This document shows, in pieces, positions 43,001 through 52,000 of a DNA stretch of 64,000 nucleotides. A model generated the notes under the pieces. The model saw nothing but the letters and a program-made list of their open reading frames with translations. It was not told where the DNA came from and made no database searches. Position 1 is the stretch's first letter. Each line of letters begins with the position of its first letter. The position numbers were made by a program, and so were the translations under genes. The DNA comes from Vicugna vicugna (Eukaryota). The DNA is taken from NCBI GenBank assembly GCA_013265495.1, contig MU058444.1, positions 1,984,001-2,048,000 of the forward strand, in the 5' to 3' direction.

Positions 43001-46000
43001 TACACTTGTTGGTGGGAATGCAAATTGGTGCAGCCACTGTGGAGGACAGTATGGAGGTTCCTTAAAAAACTAAAAATAGACTTATCCTATGGTCCAGCAA
43101 TCCCACTCCTGGGCATATATCCAGAGAAAATGTAATTCAAAGAGACACATGCACCCTAGTGTTCACAGCAGCACTATTTACAATGGCCAAGACAGGGAAG
43201 CACCCCAAATGTCTATCAAGAGATGACTGGATAAAGAAGATGTGGCATGCGCGCGTGCGCACACGCAAATGGAATACTACTCAGCCATAAAAAAGAACAA
43301 AGTAATGCCATTTGCAGCAACATCGATGGACCTGGAGATTGTCATTCTAAGTGAAGTCAGCCAGAAAGAGGAAGAAAAATACTATATGAGATCGCTCATA
43401 TGTGGAATCTAAAAAGAAAGGACACAAATGAACTTATCTACAAAACAGAAACAGACTCACAGACATAGAGAACAAATCCATGGTTACCAGGGGTTAAAGG
43501 GGGTGGGAAGGGATAAATTGAGAATTCGAAAATTGCACCTCTTGGGGAGTGATAGAAATGTGAGCTATTTTGATTGTGGTGGTGGTTTCACGGGTGTAGA
43601 CATCTATCAAAATTCATCAAAGTGTACATCTGAAATGCGTAGTTTACTGTACAGGAACCAGATCACAACAAAGGTGTTAAAAGAAAGAAATGGTAGCCTT
43701 AGTTTTGAGCAAAACCACAGTGAAACTAAAAAGATGCCCACAGATATTAATGGTAGTTACTTCTAGGAGGTGCGATTGTAATCAATTTTTATTTTCTTCT
43801 TTCTGTTCCTTAACTTTCTGCACTAAATTTTTCACCAAGAAAAAGAGAAGAACTACTTTAAAGAAAAAACTGTCCTTTGAGTAACAAATGTCAACTGTTT
43901 ACTATAAAGACAATATTTAGGAAATAATTCCACATAACAAATACCAGAGTAAGTTTCTTAAAAAATACTGAAAAGCACGGAGACATTTTGTGTTTGTTTC
44001 TCAAACCAATGAGTTTGGCAATTCACTCTTACAACAGATGTAATTATCACATGAGTTCAAAGACTTCATGCAAATTACTGTATCTTCTTAGTAGATTTAG
44101 GATAGCCTACCTCTGTATTTTCACTTTTACCCTGGCACAGGTAAACTACCAAAAACAAAACAAAAAAACTACGACAGAAATGCAGTCTTCTCCCTTTGCT
44201 TTCATCTTCTTTGTTAAATATATTTATTCGAGATGCACTTATTTACCAAGTATGAACCACGCCCTCGAGCAGGGATTGGAGATGCAGAGAAAATGAGATC
44301 TGACTGTCCCACTCAAGGGGCCCTGACAGAGCATGGTGGATCGACCACAAGTCCTACTCTGTATACAGTCCTTCATGTGATGAGAATGTTATGGGGACAA
44401 ACTCGGCTGAGTACGCAAGAAATAGGGAAAACAATGGCTTTGGAAACACAGGCATCGGCTCGGCTGGGATGTAACAGGCTGGCACCCTGTCTAGGTAGCG
44501 TGGACTTTCAGCAGGAGGCAGTGCACACTCCGGAGGGGTGTAAATCAGCAGCAGAGTAAGGGCAGATCTAGAGGTCCGACCGGCACCAAGGTTAGAGGCT
44601 GGCGGGGAAAGAGCCTCTGCAGACGGGGGACCACTCGGATTACTGAAGCCATGAAAAGAGATAAGGAGGCCCCGACATGAGGCAGAAGCACCGGGGATGG
44701 AGCACATTCTCCCAGTGAAATTCTCCCAGTGGATGTCCTCTGTCTCCACCCACATTGCTATGCATTCCTCTTTCAGAATCAAATACAAATTTTTAATAGA
44801 TTCAAAATATTTACCAAAGGAACCCAGGGATTCACGATACCACAACCGACTCTTTACCCCTAAATGGGATTTTCTGCATACCTCTGCTGCTTCCTGCTGC
44901 TGCTTCACTACTGAGGGATCGATTCCAGGGTCTTCCAGGTCCCGGATGAAATCCTGGGTATCTTTGGTGGTAACCACCAGGGACATGTGATCACACCAGA
45001 ACTTCTCTGCTAATTCCATCACATCCAAGAGTTTGGCTTCTCTTTCTTCCACCAGCGTGTGTATGTTCTCCCAGATGAGAACCATTTGGTCAAGCTTGTC
45101 CTGAACAGCTATGGAGCAAAACAGAATCCAAAAGACACCCCGTAAGCAACAAAGCAGAGCATTTTTGTCTACACAGGAACGGTGGTTCAACTCACCAGGT
45201 TTCTAAACCTGGACCAAATCTGAGTTGAGCCCAGTCTACTGGGTATCGCTGGGCACAACGGCCTTTCCAGACAAACGCAGGGTGTCCTGCTCCCCCTGAA
45301 CCAAGGTTTCCTGACAAAAGATGATGCTCGGAGAGGCACGTGAGCTCAGAGCAGGGGCACCTGAGTTTACCAAGGCGGGCCTTACTGCTAAGGAGGAGAA
45401 ACAACCACGCAAGTATGCGCCCTCCCAGTCGAGACTTGAGATGCTGGCTCAGTCCCGGGACATGACAACGTCGGGTACGTATCTTGGGCTTGCTCCCAGC
45501 GCACCCTCACCACGAATTTCCACTGACCTCTGCACAGGCTCTCCCTTTGACCCCAGCTCATACCTTTAAGGTCCTGGTTGCCATTTCTGTGGCTATGGAA
45601 TAGAGCGCCAGTTAGGTCAGTAGGCAGTGATGAGGAAAAAACACCCCTAGGTTTGGCCTTCGGAGCATTACGCTTTAACCAACTGATTTGAAGGGCCCGG
45701 AGAACACATGGCTTTTGTATTATGGGACATGATGTATTTAACCAACTGATGTCACCAACACAGGAAGACAGAACAAGGGGCTGGTGCACAGACAGTCCCT
45801 CCACCCAAGACACATTGGATCTGCGAAACCCTTTCTAAAACCGGGCGTGTTGATGGTGAACACTCAGAACGGTCGTACGAGTCGAGACTGATGGTTGGCC
45901 CATCCTGACCGGCTTACCTTTGGCAGATGTGTCCTTGTCCGTGCCCTGGGACCGCGCGATCATCTCCTCTCCCCTCTGCCTGAGCGTCTCGTACAGGGGC

Positions 46001-49000
46001 TGCAGCTTCTCCATGTCCACCACCAACACGTTCTTGTTCTCACTGATCTGCTCCCGGATCTTCTCCACCTCCGCCGAAATGGACGGGGGCTGCCTCAGGC
46101 GCTCCGCGATGCGCTCCAGGCTCTCCAGGGTCTGGTCGATCTTGTCGTGGAACTGGTGGTGACACAGAGCAATCGATCGATCATGGGGCAAAGGACCCGG
46201 GGTGCCAAGTCTGGCATTTAAGTGGAAAACATCTATTTTGTGCCACAGTCAAGAACTAAATAAATCTTGGTCCTTTTGTTAACACAGCCCTCCGAAGAGC
46301 TACATCCAGCTGGCACGGGAAGACGTTTCTTAAAATCACGACTTACACACACTCGTCTGTGTCACACGGCTCATGGAGGCTGGACTGCTTCTTGCAGATA
46401 ACTGAGTGTATTCATTAAGAAATGGAATGTGCTAATGCATAACTGGGCCACCTGAGAGCAGCATCCTACTTACTGCTTCACCTGATCACAATTCAAATTA
46501 AGTTTAAAAATTAGGGTCAGAGATTTGCAGATACTAACTATGATCTATTAAACAGAACAAGTCTCTACTGCATAGCACAGGGAACTCTATTCAATCTCTT
46601 GTAGTGACCTATAATGAAAAAGAGTATGAAAACGAACATACATATGCATATGCGTGACTGGCACGTTGTGCTGCACACCAGAAATTGGCATGTTGTGACT
46701 GACCACACTTCACCAAAATAAATAAAATAAATAAAACTTAGGTTAAATAATCTCAGTCTCAGTCTATCAAAACTGACTGTTTATTCACATTCACTGATTA
46801 TTCTGGCCTCCAAAAAAAGTAATGTTATTAAATGTGAAACTCATGGGCAGTTTTGATCAGATTAAAGGGATTTCTTAAGTCACGAGTTTCCTGAACTAAC
46901 AAATATGTTAAAAAAAAAATTAAACAAAACAAAAACCACCCTGATATTGCAATGGAAGTTTGTATTTAACTCATAATCGGATTCATGAAGGAATTTTCAA
47001 CTCCTGTTTGCAAAGGTACCGCAGACAACAGAGCAAAGTTATAAAACCTCGTTCATTTATCGAGGCCACGCCATCTTCCACACCGAAGGACTCGCCACTC
47101 AGGATTACAGACAGTGGACCACTCTAATGCCAGCAACTCTAATGATGAGAATCAAACCTTAACAACAACTGTGTAGATAACTGCAAATCAACTTCTTGAA
47201 AGAATTTATTTTCAACCAAGGGAAAAAAAAGTCCAACTTTCTATTTTTTCCCTTCTGACTCAGCCTGCCATTCACAGTATTTCTTCTCATTGCCGTCTTG
47301 GGAGTGCTTTATCAGTAATGATAGTGACACTTTCTTTTATCTGTCCCAGTGGCAAACACTGACTTCCACCCCAGATGGACACTTACTTAGATATCTGGAC
47401 AATGATGACAACTGTATGTTTCTTCAGTCACTGGAAATTATGTTTTATTTATATAGAAGGAGGCTGGGAGATACAAGGACTGGACGCAGGCAAGCATCGC
47501 CCCTGGGACAGACACCAGTGCTCAGACTCACCGCAGTGGGACCGTTTTAGCTGACACTGACCCAGGAGAGGCAGGACCCGGCGCCCCACGCTGCACCCCA
47601 CCCCCAGCGTCGAGCATTACCTGTGTGGATTGGGCCATGGCTTCATCCAGCGCCACTGCCCGCTTCTTGACATCCTCCTTGATCTGACTGTAGAGGCTGT
47701 CAGCCGCCACGTACTTCTCTCGGATGGAAAAGCCCTCCCTCGGGCTCAGTTCCAGCAACTGAGGCCCGGTCTTGTTCATCTTGTCGATGTGAGGCTTGTG
47801 TTCTGCGATCAGCTCTCGCAGTTGCTGTAACGAAGCAGACAGCATCTCAGTATCTTCGGGGCGCCCGTCCCCAGGTCAACACCCCGCCCCGGGGCACCCA
47901 GCTGGCAAGAAACTCCAAACACACACCCCACCCACCCCGTCCCCAGGCATGTAATGGACAGCTCTTCACCCAGAAGAGTCGCCCTCGACACAAAGATCAC
48001 ACAACAGTCTGGTCGTGTCCAAGTCCTTTCCAGGGCACACGTGAAGATGCTGGGGAGCTGAAATCATGGATCCCAGTCCACTGAGCACTTCCTCCCCAAA
48101 GCAGGACGTTTTGATCAGGGTAGGAGCCAAGGGCCACATTACGTAGAAGGATTATGAGCTCCCTGGGTCCCAACCTAAAGACACCAAGCCACAACTCCCG
48201 GGGTTCCTTTCCGCACTTTCACGGTAGGCACCGAAAATTATTTAAAAGGATGGAAAGAAGGGAGAGGCAGGGAGGGGAAGGAAGGAAAAGGAAAGCAGCT
48301 CAGGAGAAGGCAGACACAATGCTGAGAGAAAAAACCACAGATAAAGCTAAGTCAGGCGGATGTAAGTCCATGAGGCACTGTGATTACACGTAAACCAGTT
48401 TAAAATGTGCATGTACGTATTACATTACATACGTATGAATCTATTCTATGTACGTATATGATACAGATGATACACATCCATAAACACATAAATAAATCTA
48501 CTCATATTTATTTTTAAATGTTAATGGCCACAAGAGTAATCAGTCTTTCACACACACAGCTGCACACTGAGCATTACCTGTAAGGTATATTTATGGAAAA
48601 ATACGTGACGTGAATATTTTGCAAGAAATACACTGATGTTGACAGTAATGAGTGAGTGTGGACTCACCCAAGTGGGGCCCCATTCCTTCCAGGCAGCTGG
48701 ATCAATCTGGAACCTCCGCATTGCATGGAACCTGGGGCCCCCCACTGCCTGCCTGCCGGGTCCTCTGAGGCCGGCCTCCTTGTGGCAATAGGGTGCCCTC
48801 TCTTACCCCACTATTCATGAGGGTCCCTAATCAGCACCTCCTTGTCCTCACAAGAGGGTGTACCTCCAAACTGTTTGCTACCCAGCCCCCAATAAAAGCT
48901 TCTCTGAGGGAAATTACATTCGGGGAAGATAGTCTAGAGAAAAGCTATCTTTTCCTGTAAAAATTTCACCTTCTATCAATTATCAAAGAGAACCACCGGG

Positions 49001-52000
49001 AAGGCCACATACCCGGATTTTTATTAAAAGTGTTCACTCAAATCAGTCCTACGAATTATTCCCAAAGTGGTTAAGAAAATCGGTCCATGACATCATTAAC
49101 GATCCCCAATGTAACACACTATTTTTGAAGTTTTTCTGAAGGTGGTCTCAAAACTCTTTTGGAAAAGAGCTAAAAATACACAAATTCAACTTTACCAAAA
49201 AAAAAAAAAAAAAAAAAAAACAGGAGGAGGAAGGTGTTATCGACCTACTGTGCTGTGTGTAGCCCCTGGTGGTCCAGCCCGAGTTCCCGTTTCTGTTTTA
49301 CATCATTAGGTGACACCTTCATGCTGTTCTACAGAACAGAGGTGGCGACGGTAACATCCGCTAATATGCAATCTCGCGGAAAAGAAACATGTCGCCCAAG
49401 TTCTGGTTTCCATGTTCTCTAAGGTATGCTTGTAAAAATAAGCTCACACTTTGATCATCAAGGGACTCTCAGTCAAATGAGGGATCTCGGCCGAGCTTCT
49501 TGAGCGGCCCAGCGTCTGAGGGGTGTCATCTCTGCAGCACCACCGCGAGCACCTGTGCCGGGAAGCGGTTGGATGCACCTTCCTAAGACCCTTCCACGAC
49601 AGACAAGAAGAGAGCCAAGGGCCGCCTACTTGGCCACGGGTGTGCATGAAAGGGCCCGAGAGGAGGTGCCTTTGGCCTCACGTGTAACAAAATAATTCCT
49701 GGCAAGCATCCCAGAGCCCACTCGTGCCGGAGACGCTCAGGGTGACGTCGAGACATCTCCCATCTGTACCCCAGCTCGTGGGGCCCTTTCATTCCTGGCT
49801 AGAACGGCCTCGAAGATGCTCCCCAGCACAGCTGGATAGCAATGTGGTGAAGCTGCAGAAGAAACGCCGTTCTAGAAGGTGGCGAATACTCTGAACAATT
49901 TAGTTGGAACAATTTGAAGACTCATCTAACAAAGTTACTCAGGTTCCCTTTGTAAGTAAAATCATACCCTTGTTTTGAGAGTTGAAAGATGAGGCAAAAA
50001 AAGATAATTTCTCAATTCTGAAATTTTCCGTTCAATAATGGTCCTTCCCGTACTATTTGATGTTAGGCTAGAAAAGAGCTGTTCAAATCCCACCCTGAAG
50101 TAGAAGAAACCCATGAAACATTTTATATTAAAAAAATCACTCAGTGGGGCGACATTGGGATTTCTGCCAAAAATAATCTTATACTAAAATTAAATTTAAT
50201 TCTACATAGTTTATATGCCTTCCTCCCACCGAACGATGCAGACAGAAGGCCGTAAAATTTCCATTTTGCATTCAAGGGTTCTCTAAACTAAACAAAACAA
50301 ATACTGAGGGATCATCTCCAACGCCAATACATTAAAAAAGTAAACAAGTTAAGATTAATAAGTATGTAAGATACTTCAAACAATGATGTAATATAGCCCA
50401 ATTAAGCGTTGCACACACATGCACACAATGATTAGTCTCAGAGTACATCTTGTACAGATCTGGGAGAGCAATGAGGTTCACAAGAGCATAAATAACAGGA
50501 ATTCCAGATTGTTTTGTTCCCCGACAGTCTCAAATCCTCTCACTCAAGCCCTTGCAAAATTTTAAGCTACATTAACATCTAAGTGACTGCTGGAAGGAGG
50601 GCTTCATAATGCCGTCTTGAAAGTTTCAAACATGGTGTATTTGTAGATGTAAGTTACTCGCCAGTTTACTCATGTAAACTTACAGGAGCAGAGAACTTCG
50701 AAAGATTTCCATGTACATAAGGTCAAAGAAAAAAAAAAAAAGAGGACGGGGAAATAACCTGTCTTTAAACTTCAGCATGTTTTCCTTATACAGAGTTAGA
50801 TTTCTCAACAACGCTACTCCAGCTACGCTATACTTAAATACTATAGTACACCTAACATTTACTTATGTACTTACTATGGAATACTTACATATTTAATACT
50901 ATGGTATAGAAATAGACTGTACTTGCTACATCGTACATTTTCTCCAAGCTCAATGGTCTTGTCTGTGTGACGTCCCTTCCGTGTTCTTCTACCCCTTGTT
51001 CACATTCTAGGTGGCTCCAACCACCGTGTATATAAAATATAAAACTTTATCAACGTGGAAGTTGAAAGCAATTCAACATGATCAATTGGAAAGGACTTTA
51101 AATGCATATCTCTCTAACATTTTTCTTGGAGAGGGGAGGTTATTAGGTTTATTTATCTGGTTAGTTATTTCAATGGAGGGACTGGGGATTGAACCCAGGA
51201 CCTTGTGCATGCTAAGCATGTGCTCTAATCATTGAGCTATCCCCCACCCCCTCCTCTCTAACATTTTAAAATGAGGATTTGGGGCAGGGAAGGTATAGCT
51301 CAATGGTTGAGTGTGTGTGCTTAGCATTCACAAGGTCCTGGGTTCAATTCCCAGTACCTCTATTAAAATAAAGAAATAAGCCTCATTACACCCCCCCCAA
51401 AACAAAAAATTTTTTTAAATAAAAAGAGGATTTGTGGTGGAGGATATAGCTCAGTGGGAGAGTGTGTGTTTATTAGCACGCGTGAGGTCCTGGGTTCAAC
51501 CCCCCGTAACTCCATTAAAAATAAACAAATAAATAAACAAACCTAATTACCTCCCAAAAAATAAAATAAAATGAAGATTTTGTTTTCGCACTCAGTTTAT
51601 ACTGAGTCTTCCCACAGGAGTCTTCCCACAGTAAAGCTGGACAGCAGGGAGGCAGGGCGAACGGCGCAGACCCGAAGGCAGCACCGCCCCGCTGTCCCCA
51701 TCACACGAGGCGTCTGCATTCGGCACACCCCGAGCGTTGTGACTCCCTTTCTGTGGGGTCCCCCGCGCGCCCCGCGGCGCCGAGCTCACCCGGTGTTCCT
51801 CCTGCTGCTGCCGCAGGGTTTCGTACTCGAGGGCGGGGGCGGGAAGCTGGGCGATGATGCTCTGCGTGTCCATCAGCCATGGCCAAAGCTCTTCGTATGT
51901 TTCCCAGAACTGACTCACCAGGGACTGTGCCCGTTCTAACTGCAGGTACCTCTCCGAGTTTCCCTGGCAGATGGCATCGTAGTTCTTCAATATCTTGTCC

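Noticed and set aside
48672..48745. Imperfect inverted repeat (gtggggccccattcc ... ggaacctggggccccccac) as a pre-miRNA
   Set aside because: Short stem with a large loop; more like a decayed hAT/MER-type remnant
51282..51360. tRNA-like sequences (A box tagctcagtgg, B box ggttcaa)
   Set aside because: tRNA-derived SINE heads with A-rich tails and TSDs, not tRNA genes
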